DNA of 64,000 nt, from the NCBI RefSeq assembly GCF_006345805.1, contig NC_043014.1:34100001-34164000 (forward strand). The letters run 5' to 3'. The position numbers were made by a program, and so were the translations under genes. Positions 51,549 to 64,000 of the stretch are shown here, piece after piece. Below the pieces are notes generated by a model. The model had not been told where the DNA came from. It worked only from the letters and a program-made list of their open reading frames with translations, and did no database searches. Origin of the DNA: Octopus sinensis (lineage: Eukaryota). Within the stretch, counting starts at the first letter, position 1, and each line of letters opens with the position of its first letter.

Positions 51549-52150
51549 AGTCTGAAGCATTTCCTAAGTTTCGGTAGCGTTTTTGCCCAGTTTAGCATAA
51601 AATTTTATTGCATTGCAGACTTTCAAACATCCTGAGCGCATTCTACATGCTCGTCAACTGTGACAAAAAGTGTCTAGTAGGTTGTTTTAGTGCTGTTGCA
51701 GTCGTCTCCTTCAATCTAGAATAACAAAAATGGTAACGATATACTAAAAGTACAATAATCTGGGACAGTCATAATTGCCTCTTTTAAAATAAAGTCTCAA
51801 GTGTCTAGAATACACTTCGTATGTAAAGCAGACTATGATAAAGAAAAATTTAATTTACGTAAAAGAGCGCAAAAAATACAAATTTCCAGCCGAGATAATT
51901 TGGCGTGTGCAGAAGTGTCTCACATTTTTAAAGTAGGTTGAGAAACATCTACCAAGTTAGATTATGCCTGTAATTAGCAGGCAAAGACTCCTTCTAGAAA
52001 TGTTTCAAATCTAAAATCAACATGCAAAGAAATAAATCAGTTCACTGAAATTTTCGAAAATACACTAAATGCTGTATAGGAGTAGAAGTGATCCGTGGTA
52101 TTATCTCTTGGTTCATATTACTGATCGTCAAAATCAATACCACTACATTC

Positions 52151-52182
<32 letters not shown>

Positions 52183-53448
52183 CGGACGAACGAATTGATC
52201 GATCGATTGATTGATTGATTGATTGATTGAATGAGTGATTAATTTTAATTTTGCCGAATAGAATATGCTTGAATGAGGAGATATAATATAGCCGAATCAT
52301 ACCGGTAGCTTTAACTAGTTGTCTTAAATTCATTCCTATATTGCCAAATTCACTCCAATATTGCATTCTTTAAATATTTTCCAAAACTTCCAACCAACTG
52401 ATTTTATTGGAGCATGTCGTTCATATCGGCTTAATTTTAGATTTCAGACACCACTTGTAATTTTTTGTTTACTTTACTAATTATTTAGATAGTATCACTT
52501 AATTTTAAATGTTCAACTATATTACATATGTGAGCCCCTTCCTATATGTATATAGCGTGCAGAAAACTCCTCTGGGATATTTTCTTTCTGCCATATTGTT
52601 CATATAGACATGTAGTCGCACACTTATAAATATGCTCTGTGGTTTTCTGTAATGTTCTTGCTTTCCTTGAAAACATTGGTAACGTATGTGCAGAAAGAAT
52701 TTCAAGAGGGAATCGAAATGAGGCTGTGGTCTCGGTTCAGCGGGAACTTTCCCACCTACATGGCATTTATTTTCAGTAATTACTTTTCCAGTTCTTCCTG
52801 TGGTACTTATCATAATTTCCCCCGCTACCTCAAATATGTGATATTGTGCCTGTATTAACAATCCTTATTAAAACTTCGTCAGTCTAACTCGTAATCTAGT
52901 TCATATATCTTATTAAATTTATAACCCTACACCATTAAATCATTTAAAAAAAGAAGTTTCACGTTTCATCGTCGTCTCCGTTGTATTTATATATTTGCTT
53001 ATTTATTTTTCTTAACCAGCATCAATTTCGATACACCGATCCAACAGATACTTGGGGACGACTTCTTGCTGTCAGACAAATATCGCAGCAAACATGTGAC
53101 TCTAAGAGACATCCTCAACCAGAAGACAGGAATAAGTAACATGGAAGCCATTTCCCAAATGAATTCCATCAAAACAGAAGATATGATGGGGTACGTAATT
53201 CTTCAGTTTTATAGTTGTTGTTTTTTGTTTTTTTTTGTTTTTTGAGATATTTCAATACTTTATATGGCAGTGACGTGGTAAAGTCGGTAGAGCGTTATAC
53301 AGAATGCCTTGAAGTATTTTGTTATGGACCTTTGCATTCGGAGTTCAAATATTGCATAAGTCTACTTTCCATTTTCCTGGGCTCGATTAAAAAAAAATGC
53401 CAGACAAGTATTGGGTCGAATTATAGTCGTAGAACGTATCCTCTATGT

Positions 53449-53598
53449 CAGTCATGGGCAAACTAGGGCTCACAGGACTTTCTGAATGACATCCCAACCG
53501 AAAAATTGCCTTGCATTTTTTTTTTTAGTAGTACGGCTCGCCTGACAACGAGCAAAGTCTCATGGGACCCGCTTCTCGTAAAAGGTTGCCCGTGCTTG
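53449..53598. mobile_element. hAT-type MITE 1
   Basis: CAGTCATGGGCAAAC / GGTTGCCCGTGCTTG ends; TSD CTCTATGT / CTCTACGT. Confidence 0.7.
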
Positions 53599-53606
53599 CT
53601 CTACGT

Positions 53607-53807
53607 CAGTGGTTTTCAACCAGGGTTCCGCCAGTACAGTCCAGGGGTTCCGCAAGAAGTTACAAAACTGCTAAAATCGGCAGTAATTTTTAATTCTCCT
53701 GTGCAGATATGTGTGCATAAGACTATTAAATTATTGCACAGGGGTTCCTCGAGCCAGTGGAAGGTTTCCTTGGGGTTCCGCTCCAGCAAAAGGTTTGTAA
53801 AGCACTG
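53607..53807. mobile_element. hAT-type MITE 2
   Basis: CAGTGGTTTTCAACC / GGTTTGTAAAGCACTG ends; exact TSD CTCTACGT at 53599-53606 and 53808-53815. Confidence 0.8.
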
Positions 53808-54689
53808 CTCTACGTGAATGAAATTATAATAGAACACAAATCAAGAAGGCTATATTTTATATGGTGAGGGAAGCTACAGATCGGTACATCATCGAGGCAA
53901 AGACTCTGCTGTATTATGACGTTCCGATCTGAGATCCTTGTGGGATCAACTTGATCATATCAAAAACAGGGTTCTTCAAGTTATTCATTCGATTAATGTA
54001 CCAGTAGTTGAGTAGACACTTGAACTATTAATGTCATTTTCGGGGAGAATAAACATGATAGAGTGTGAGAAAGCTAACCCATTGATTTCCAAATACAGCT
54101 CATTTGAGGGGATTACGCGCAGTTTCTGTCTATCAGCATAACGTTGTGCAAAAGATATTTCTCCAAGATGTAATGCAATGGACTCAAGCCCTGAATCGCA
54201 TGACTACGAAAATCACTCATCCAGACTAACTTCCGCGTACTCTCTTTATGCTCATGTTAAATGCATGAAGATCACAGCATCCACTTAAGCTTCTACGCCA
54301 TCCACCTCCACGTTTCACTTCTATAAAAATATATATTTTTGTGACTGGGTAAGATGTTCCAGCTTTCTTGTGATGGTGATGAGTGACACCGCAAAGCAAG
54401 ATGGAATCGCCCAACACGCAGAGACGTCTCAAGTCAAAACCATCTCGCTTTACTTACTTTACAAATACCCTTGGGAAGGGAATGACTATCATAATTACCT
54501 ATATGATCCTCTAATAAAATGCTTAGACAAGAGACCAACATATTCTGTGACGGGTGCCAAAGGAATATTAGGTTTCTTTTCAAAAGATATAATTTCAAAC
54601 TAAAGTATGCGTGTGTACGTGTTTGAGAGAGAGTGAGAGAGAGAGAGAGAAACGCAAAAGACAGTAAAAGTAGTAAATACTACACTATT

Positions 54690-54734
<45 letters not shown>

Positions 54735-54746
54735 AAATATAAATAT

Positions 54747-55376
54747 ACTAGCATTACGACCCTCTTTCCCGGGTCATAGTGCTAGTGCATGTATATATGT
54801 GTATATATATGTGTACATATTACATGTACATCTATATATATACATCTACACATAAAATACAAAATACAAAGTTATATCTTGATATCACTAGTGATAACAA
54901 TACTGAAAATATATAACAGACTGGAATTGTATTCCATTTCTGCATGCTAATTTTATTTTTAATTTATTCCCATTCATGTGAAACCACTTATTCAAGTTCA
55001 AATCCTTGATGCAATTTTATACCAATTGCTATTTTTACTTTTGTTATGTTACGATTATATTATACTTTAGTTTGATTTTAATTATTACTTACACATATAA
55101 TTCAATTGTTATTATTATTTTTATTGTTAAAGTGAAAGTATCTGACATAAAATAGAGAAATGTTTTTGTTTCACTTTCAACACGTAATACTGAAATAGTG
55201 GAGAAGATATGATATTGCTATGGGATCGCCCTAGGCAAGAAGTTGAACATTTTTTTTTTTGCCGATGACACTCCCCGGACCCTAAGTAAGGCATGTGTAA
55301 AATTTGAATGAAATTGGTTGTGCAGTTCTCAAGTTTTAAGGAAACACACAGACAGACAGATACACATTATATATAT
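54747..55376. mobile_element. DINE-1/Helentron-like non-autonomous element
   Basis: Starts TACTAGC plus GACCC...GGGTC hairpin; ends AAATTTGAATGAAATTGG...(CAGA)n...TTATATATA. Confidence 0.5.
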
Positions 55377-55379
55377 TCA

Positions 55380-55578
55380 ATATGTGACCGCGTGTGTATC
55401 GTTGGCGATTTTTTTTCCTCCTTGGATCTTTCCTTATTCTATGTTTCTGACGAAGAGCTCCACTCGAAACGTTAAATCCTCCTTCTTTCTTTCCTTTCCT
55501 GAGCGTTCAATAACACTATACTTGTTCCACATCCTCGCGTTGTTGTGTTTTCTCTTTGTGTTTTCATGTTTGGATTAC
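55380..55578 (+). mobile_element. ~200-bp element with hammerhead-like motif (55447-55473)
   Basis: Matches 18744-18957; CTGACGAAGAGCTCCACTCGAAACGTT. Confidence 0.8.
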
Positions 55579-57034
55579 CTTTATATATAAATGTGTGTGT
55601 GTGTGTGTATAAATATATATTTGATGTACACAATCGAAGCAGCATCAAATTATAAATACCATATTTATATCATTCTTAATGTATATGTACCATTGACAAT
55701 CATGATGCTGTGGTTTTTGTCTGGGAGAAAAATCACCTCACAGACATGTTAAAAAAGTGGAACGAGACAAACTTTGTCCCAGCACCGAGTTTCAGGAACA
55801 CCAGATGAGTTTCGACTTTCTTGGGTTTGTCAATGACGTATCCCCTGTAGTTACGTACCCAAACCAAAATCTAGACATCACCTCCCATACATAGCGAAGA
55901 ATGAATAATATATCCACATATATTGCAAAAATCTTGGCGGACTAAATTAAACTGTGTATGCACAAATGAAGCAGTATTGAATTATATATAAAGTCTGTGT
56001 ATCACATTTAACGTATATAAACCATTGACAGACATATTGTGGTTTTTGCTTGAGAGAAATATATCTTCGTGGACTTATCAGTGATTATATTATTCACTGT
56101 TCGCTATATATCGGAGGTGATTTAGGTTAGACATATAACTACAGGATATACGTCATTGACAAGCTCCAAGAAGGGCGAAGCACAGCTGGCGTTTGCGTGA
56201 TTCGCTGCTTGGACAACGCTCGTCTCGCTCCAATATATATATTGTGTTTTTAATACAAAGCGTCTATGAGGAGATTTGTAGGTATGAATCTCTTCGTTAG
56301 AGAAAAAAAACAAGCCACATTACCAAAACATTAAAGCTTTCAATGTCTACATTTGGAATAATACGTGGCAATGGAGAGAAAATTATGTCAAGAGCTGCAG
56401 AAGCCACTTTAGATTTTATTTTTTCATAGACCTTATGTGATGTTTAAAATGGAACGGCTCGTGCGTATGTGGAACGAGATCAGAGTCAATGTAATGTGCT
56501 AATAAGCACGTTAATATTTTAAGCCAAAAATGTTTATCATTTGCTGATAGAGGAAAGCGGAATCTTTAACGAAAAACTTCTTTTTTTTCTGTAGCTAGTA
56601 AAGACTAGTTTGAAAGGTTTAGGAAGCGCTTGAATTTGTCCAACAAATTACTGGTGAATTGCCAGTGCTGATATAGAGACTACTACTGATTATCCAGGGC
56701 AGCTGAAAAACATATCGTTAAAGGGTGATATACACGAGAGCAAGTATAGAATGTTGATGAAACTGCACTTGTGTGGACGTCCATGCTCTTTAGAACTTTT
56801 ATATTACATAAAAATAAAATTAAGACCAGGATTTAAAGCTACCGATAATCATGTGATGCTTCTTCTGGGAAGAAATGCTGATAGTGACATGAAATTGAAG
56901 CCTCTCTCGTGTATCACTCCCAAAATCCAATGGCTTTCAAGGGTTATGCAAAATTCAATTTACCTCTGGTTTCACCTTCAGATAAGAAAGTATGGATGAC
57001 TAAGCCTCTTCGAAGAGTAGTTTAAAAACATTTT

Positions 57035-58540
57035 TATCCTGCTTGCTTCCCAGCCACATGGTTCAGGGTTCAGTGCCACTGCATGACAAGTGTCTTCTAC
57101 TATAGACTCAAGCCGACCAAAGCCTTGTGAGTGGATTTGGTTGACGAAAACTGAAAAAATCCTGTCGTGTGTGTGTGTTTGTGTACGAGGGGGCAGCCAA
57201 AAGAAACCAGAATTTTGCAATATTATTTTATTCACAGAGCTTTGCATGTTTACACGTTTATCGCCTTCAAAATATTCTCCATTTGAAGTAATGTATCGGT
57301 CCAGACGGATTTTCCACTGTTCAAAGCAGCCCTGGAACTCTTGCGAAGTGATACCTCTTAACGCCGTCATCGTTTTTTACTTCACCTCCTCCACATCTGC
57401 AAAGCGTTTTCCTTTATGGACTTCTTTCATTCGTGAGAACAAAAACAATGAGCAAAATCAGGTGAATGGGGAGTGTGGGTAAGCATAATTATGCCATTTT
57501 TGTTCAAAAACTGTCTCATACACAATGCGATGTTCACAGGCGCATTGTTGTGATGAAACCACCACTCTCCACTTTGCAACAGGTCGTGGCGTAATCTTCT
57601 CTCCGCGTCTCACAAACGCTTCAGAACTACTAAGTAAAATGTCTGGTTAACAATTTAACCAAGAGGAACAAATTATGTGCGGATAATTCCTTTCGCATCG
57701 ATGAAACAAACCAACATCGCCTTGACGTTGGACTTCACTTGACGCACGTTTTGGGGGGCGTGGTGACATTGAATGCTTCCATTGACTTGATTACTGCTTT
57801 ATTTCCGGGTCGTAGCCGTTGCAGCAGCTTTCGCCACCAGTGATGATCTTCGAAAAAAGGTCCGGATCAACTTCCAACTGTTTTTTTCAGCTCTTGATGG
57901 TCCTCCAAAATCAGTTCACGAATTTTCGTAATATTTTCATTCGTTCGGGAAGTCTACAGTCGCCCTGAATGAGTTTGGGCTTCAAGCGACAAGTGACCAT
58001 TCCTAAAGCATAAAAACCACTCGTAAACTTTGTGTTTTGCTCATGGCAGTGTCCTTGTAAACTGTTTGAAGTATGTCAACTCTTTCGATTGCCATTTTCT
58101 CCAGCAGAAAACAATTTCATGGAAGCACTCTGTTCCTGCGTTTCAGCCATAGCAAAAATCGACGAACAGGGGAGAAGGACTGCAAAACAAAGACGCATCA
58201 CGTGACAGCATGAAATCACTCGACGATGATGCCAGTCGGCAGACTGATGCCTGAGTGTTGCATCAAGTGGCTCCTAGCGGTGAAAGCCTGAACTACAACG
58301 GGCTTGTCCCTCAGAGAACATTTCTGGTTACTTTGGGGTACCCCCTCGTGTGTGCGTGTGTGTGTGTGTGTGTTCCTTCATCACCGCTTGTTTTACTTCC
58401 CCGTAACTAAGCGGTTCGGCAAAAGTTACCGATAGAATAAGTACTAGGCTGAGGTCGATTCATTCGACTAAAAATTCTTCAAGGCGGTGCCCCAGCATGG
58501 CTGCAGTCTAATGACCGAAACAAGTAAAAGATAAAAGATA
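57035..58540 (+). mobile_element. SINE family A split by a mariner insertion
   Basis: 5' half 57035-57183, 3' half 58349-58540. Confidence 0.8.
57186..58348 (-). mobile_element. mariner transposon, both ends present, decayed
   Basis: TIRs CGAGGGGGCAGCCAAAAGAAACCAGAA / TTCTGGTTACTTTGGGGTACCCCCTCG; FQGCFEQWKIRLDRYITSNGEYFEGD C terminus. Confidence 0.9.
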
Positions 58541-58554
58541 TCAGGCATAATATT

Positions 58555-59960
58555 TCCAACAAAGCCTAGTTCCTTTTAGACAATGAATAAAGCCATCAAG
58601 TGAACTTAAATGAATTTTCTGATAATGTGAGAGCAGAATATATCTCAAAGAATACAACGTTTTTACTCCAATCAAGGTGTGATACCGAACTTCAAGGTAC
58701 ATTATCTGCGAAGAACTTACAAACAGCTTGTGAAATCATATGATAGAGAGGATAGACCCCCACAGTTAAAGACTTCTGGAAGAAATTCAGTAAAATGGTT
58801 ACTATGGATAGCATGGCTGAATCATGAAATGAAGTGAATGCCTCAAATTTGAATAGTATTGGAGAAAATATGGGACCAGACTTTATCCATGACTTTACAA
58901 GTTTTCAACACACACACACATACCTACCATATTCTACAGACATACAAGTAACAAGGTCTCAGACAGACAAACGGACTGGGAGAGAAGTCACCGAAAAGGT
59001 TGCGAATGGCAACGAAAGAACTTTGACTAACAAAAATAAAACGATTGATTGTTTAACCAACAAGTTAATTAAACGATCGATTTGTTAGTTGGATAGATAA
59101 TTAAGCAAGTGATTAATAATAATGGAGTGGAACTGAACCGGTGCGTGTGTTAATACTGGCGTAATGCGGCGAGCTGGCAGAATCGTTAGCACGCCGGGCG
59201 AAATGCGCAGCCGTAATTCGTCTGCCGCTACATTCTGAGTTCAAATTCCGCCGAGGTCGACTTTGCCTTTCATCCTTTCGGGGTCGATTAAATAAGTACC
59301 AGTAAATCACTGGGGTCGATATAATCGACTTAATCCCCTTGTCTGTCCTTGTTTGTCCCCTCTATGTTTAGCCCCCTGTGGGCAATAAAGAAGTAAATAT
59401 TGGCCTGATGACTCTCCCTAAACACAACAGACAGAAAGTTTACGTCAAATTCCGAAAGATGTTGTGAGTCTTGGAAATGATGTAAGGTTTGCAGAAATTA
59501 TGCAGGATGTGTTTCGGTTGCAAGTATCCCAAACAGAAAGTTATCTAACGAGGAACTGAGGAGCAAGCTGAGAATACAGATAAGAATACGGAAATTCCAT
59601 CAACTCAATTTTAATTAACTGCAAAGAATATTGCTAAAGGGTTAGCACTTATATAGGAATTTCTTTAAGTGTTTAATGATAATAACTCTAATCGTTAACG
59701 TAGCAAAAATTTTAAAAGGAGTTTGCCCTGAGCACAGTTCCTACACCAAGCTGTACAGAGATGATGCGCTATAGACATCAAACAACTTTGGATAAGTTCT
59801 ACACCACTCAAACAGATGTTGAAGATAAACAAAAAGATAGGAGACACCGTCCCTCATCCTCCCAGCAACTCACGTTCCAGCACCACTCCCCATACAATAG
59901 TAAACATCTTTTTACAGTAAAAACGTACCCTATTGCGATATTGCAATTCAGATTTATTCC
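58555..59960 (+). mobile_element. Decayed Tigger/pogo transposon, interrupted by a SINE
   Basis: Collinear similarity with 21810-22630 (e.g. ATAATGTGAGAG, TTATCTAACGAGGA, CGTCCCTCATC). Confidence 0.7.
59165..59395 (+). mobile_element. SINE family B monomer
   Basis: Complete head, Nin-like body and tail. Confidence 0.9.
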
Positions 59961-60164
59961 CTAATGAATTTCCCTTCAAATGTTTTTATATATACATTTT
60001 GAACTATGTTTAGAAATTGTTATTTTCATGTACGAAAGTGGTCGTGTGCTTTTTTTTTTGTTATTGTTTTTTTTAATTTGTCGAAAGGCATTCTTAATGA
60101 GGAAATATATTACGATTAACGAGATTTCCTGTATTTTCAGGAACACAGAACTCGCACAACGCGA

Positions 60165-60209
<45 letters not shown>

Positions 60210-60530
60210 ACAGGCGTGACTGTGTGGTAAGAGGCTTGCTTCCCAAATACATGGTTCCGGGTTCACTGAGAGGCACCTTGGGCAAGTCTCTTCTACTACA
60301 GCCTCGAACCGACAAAAGCTTTGTGAGTGGATTCGGTGGATGGAAACTGAAAGAAGCCTATCGTATATATGTATGTGTATATATACCCGTAATACAGCGG
60401 TTCGGCAAATGAAACCGATAGAATAAGTGCAATACTTTAAAAAAAAATTAATACTGGAGTCGATTTGTTCGACTAAACTGTTTAAGGCGGCGTCCCAGCA
60501 TGGCGCAATCTGATGACTGAAAAAGATAAA
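60210..60530 (+). mobile_element. SINE family A, diverged
   Basis: Head and tail landmarks with internal deletions. Confidence 0.78.
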
Positions 60531-60627
60531 TGATATATAAATATATATATATTTGTTTTTATGTCAAATTATATATAAAAGCAATTTAACTTTAACCTGA
60601 AGGATTACTCAATACTCTTTACTTTAT

Positions 60628-60818
60628 TAAAGGGACAGACTATGCGGTATCATAATTCTATGTATGTGAGTATTCGACAAAAATACACTTGACCCTTTAA
60701 CATAATCGTCAGATAGGCTTAGCCTGACACTGTGTGTCAAAGCTACTCCTTTGAATTACTCCTTTGAATTTCTCCTTTGAATTTGAATTACATTCCATCG
60801 AATATACTCTTTAAAAGG
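60628..60818. repeat. Dispersed duplicate of 63834-64000
   Basis: AAAGGGACAGAC.ATGCGGTATCATAAT...CATCGAATATACTCTTTAAAAGG occurs at both sites. Confidence 0.85.
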
Positions 60819-60953
60819 ATGAAATAAAAAGAAAAGAGAAAATGGAGGAAAAAATAGGGGAGAAGCAGCAGATGGCGGAGGGGTGAAAAGGCGATATGCA
60901 TATTTATTTACTTTAACCTCAACGTCAAAGTTTCGGCTTGCTCACTTTCATTG

Positions 60954-60954
<1 letters not shown>

Positions 60955-61033
<79 letters not shown>

Positions 61034-61038
61034 TTCTT

Positions 61039-61075
<37 letters not shown>

Positions 61076-61131
61076 TACACACACACACGACAGACAGACA
61101 GACAGACAGACAGACATATAGACAGACAGAT

Positions 61132-61179
<48 letters not shown>

Positions 61180-61298
61180 CACGTACATACATACTTACAT
61201 GTGCATAAATACATATACACATGCATATATATACATACATATGTACATGCAAACATGCACACACACCACACACACACACACACACCACACACACACAC

Positions 61299-61351
<53 letters not shown>

Positions 61352-61375
61352 ATATATATATATATATATGTATAC
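60955..61375. repeat. Compound microsatellite (CT)n (CA)n (CAGA)n (GATA)n (TA)n
   Basis: Directly visible. Confidence 0.95.
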
Positions 61376-61609
61376 GCACATATGTGTGATATGTGTGATC
61401 TGATATATTTGAATGGGCGTCTACCGTGAAAGTGTTTTCTGTTTCCTGCTTGCTCTATGCCCCGTTAATCTGTTATAAAGTGGTTGCGAATTAAGTTATG
61501 TCACTCTCGCTATATATTACTTTATTTCATGTTCTTATTCCCTAGTTCATAGATATTTCTTGTACTTTACGTAACACATGTCACATTTCTATCTCTGAAT
61601 ATTGATTCC

Positions 61610-62682
61610 TGGCAGAAACGTTAGCACGCCGGGCGAAATGCTTTGCGATATTTCGTCTGCCACAACGTTCTGAGTTCAAATTCCGCCGAGGTCGATTTGG
61701 CCTTTCATCCTTTCGGGGTCGATAAATTAAGTACCAGTTACGCATTGGGGTCGATGTAATCGACTTAATCCGTTTGTCTGTCCTTGTTTGTCCTCTCTGT
61801 GTTTAGCCCCTTGTGGGTAGTAACGAAAGAGGTATTTCGTCTGCCGTTATGTTCTGAGTTCAAATTCCGCCGAGGTCGACTTGGCCTTTCATCCTTTCGG
61901 GGTCGATAAATTAAGTACCAGTTACGCATTGCGGTCGATGTAATCGACTTAATCCGTTTGTCTGCCCTTGTTTGTCCTCTCTGTGTTTAGCCTCTTGTGG
62001 GTAGTAAAGAAATACGTATTTCGTTCCGCCGAGGTCGACTTTGCCTTTCATCCTTTCGGAGTCAATTAAATAAGTACCAGTTACGCACTGGGGTCGATAT
62101 AATCGACTTGATCCGTTTGTCTGTCCTTGTTTGTCCTCTCTGTGTTTAGCCCCTTGTGGGTAGTAAGGAAATAGGTATTTCGTCTGCCGCTACGTTCTGA
62201 GTTCAAATTCCGCCGAAGTCGACTTTACCTTTCATCATTTCAGGGTCGATAAATAAAGTACCAGTTACGCACTGGGGTCGATGTAATCGACTTAATCCCT
62301 TTGTAGCACGCCGGGCGAAATGCGTAGCCGTATTTCGTCTGCCGTTACGTTCTGAGTTCAAATTCCGTCGAGGTCGACTTTGCCTTTCATCCTTTCGGTG
62401 TCGATAAATTATGTACCAGTTACGCACTGGGGTCGATGTAATCGACTTAACCCGTTTGTCTGTCCTGGTTTGTCCCCTCTGTTTGTAGCCCCCTTGTCGG
62501 TTGTAAAGAAATAGGTATTTCGTCCGTCCTTAAGTTCTGAGTTCAAACTCCACCGAAGTCAACTTTGCCTTTCATGCTTTCGGGGTCGATAAAATACGTA
62601 TCAGTCGGGCACTGAGGTCGATATAATCGACTTACCCCCTCCCCTGAAACTGCAGGCCTTGTGCCAAAATTTGAAACCATAT
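61610..62682 (+). mobile_element. Tandem array of six SINE B bodies
   Basis: Nin-like core recurs at about 61700, 61885, 62045, 62230, 62380 and 62570. Confidence 0.9.
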
Positions 62683-63214
62683 TGATTCCTAAATTAGGAA
62701 TAAGGCTATTAATTTTCTTGGTGTGAGAATAGTCGATTAAATCCACCCCAATATTTGGCTAGTAATTTGTTTTGTTGATTAGTGAAGGAGCATGACTAAG
62801 TGTTTAAGGTATTCGTTTCACGAACATGAGTTGTACATGTAATTCAAACGACCAGCCTTGTCACACTCTGTGTGTCATGTTGAATCTTCCTGGGAACTAT
62901 GTTAAGGGCACGTGTGTTTGTAGTGTGCTCAGCCACTTGCACGTCAATTTCACGAGCAGACTGTCCCGTTGATTTGGATCAACTGAAACCCTCGTTACAA
63001 GTAAAAGAGAAAATATCTAAAAAAAATTATAAGGCGGTGAGCTGGCAAAATAGTTAGCGCAACAGACTGATGCTTAGCGGCAATTTTGACTTTCATACTT
63101 CCGGGGGTCGACAAAATAAAGTACTAGCTAAGTACTGAGTCGATGTAGTCGATCTGCGACACCCCACTTTACCCCCCACAGGTTGCTAGTCACGCGCCAA
63201 AATTAGAAAGAATG

Positions 63215-63456
63215 TATTTCTTTTACTACCCACAAGGGTCTAAACACAGAAGGGACAAACAAGGACAGACAAACGGATTAAGTCGATTATATCGACCCCA
63301 GTGCGTAACTAGTACTTATTTAATCGACCCCAAAAGGATGAAAGGCAAAGTCGACCTCGGCGGAATTTGAACTCAGAACGTAGCGGCAGACGAAATACCA
63401 CTAAGCATTTCACGCGGCACGCTAAAGTTTAACTCGACGCGCCACTTCGCCGCCTT
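63215..63456 (-). mobile_element. SINE family B monomer inserted next to an older plus-strand copy (63030-63210)
   Basis: Flanking direct repeat AAATTA(G/T)AAAGAATGTA. Confidence 0.85.
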
Positions 63457-64000
63457 AAATTATAAAGAATGTAGCTATCTTGTCGAAAAACAAGGGACAT
63501 ATCTGTATCATTCATGCTGTTCTCAAAGGTATTGTGAACGGATCTAGTGTCGGTTTCGACAATGAACATTCCATCTTTTCGATCAGCTAAATTACTACTT
63601 CATTGAATTAAAAAGTAAGTGGCTGAGTATTCTAGAGAACCTTCTATCCCTAATATAATATTCGAGCAGGTTCAATGTGACACTTTCACGCGGCTGGCTC
63701 TTTGAATTTATAGCTATAATCCATCATGCATTTTAGAGCAAGCGGATGAGTTTTCCGTAACACGTGTACATGTAATGCTGTTCCCAGGCAAGCTCATACC
63801 TTGGCACAATGTGGGAAAAGGCTGGTTCTTTGAATTAAAGGGACAGACAATGCGGTATCATAATCCTATGTATGTGAGTACTCGACAAAAATACACTTGA
63901 CCCTTTAACATAAATGTCAGATAGGCTTAGCCTGACACTGTGTTACAAAGCTACTCCTTTGAATTTGAATTACAGTCCATCGAATATACTCTTTAAAAGG

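Noticed and set aside
61610-62682. CRISPR-like array
   Set aside because: Units are ~160-bp SINE bodies with no unique spacers, in a eukaryotic context without cas genes

Overview
Eukaryotic, AT-rich (non-coding) window with no intact protein-coding gene that I can support. Nearly all ORFs in the track are microsatellite or SINE artefacts. The repeat content looks like an octopus (coleoid cephalopod) genome; this is inferred from the SINE families. It holds three tRNA-derived SINE families (one with a Nin/Deu domain), decayed mariner, Tigger/pogo, Merlin, Chapaev3 and hAT elements, Helitron-type non-autonomous elements, CR1/RTE LINE ends, a Penelope-like (RT + GIY-YIG) remnant, a probable solo LTR, long (TA)n/(TG)n tracts and one 100-N gap. 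The main hidden signal is a set of hammerhead ribozyme motifs from several unrelated small non-coding elements. The best case is a TSD-flanked ~1.05 kb insertion (9869-10915) built from a ~352-bp unit, carrying three intact type I hammerheads in tandem and inverted orientation. This matches a retrozyme / non-autonomous Penelope-like element that could make a self-cleaving, possibly circular RNA. All calls were made by eye, and element edges are approximate unless a TSD or TIR is quoted.
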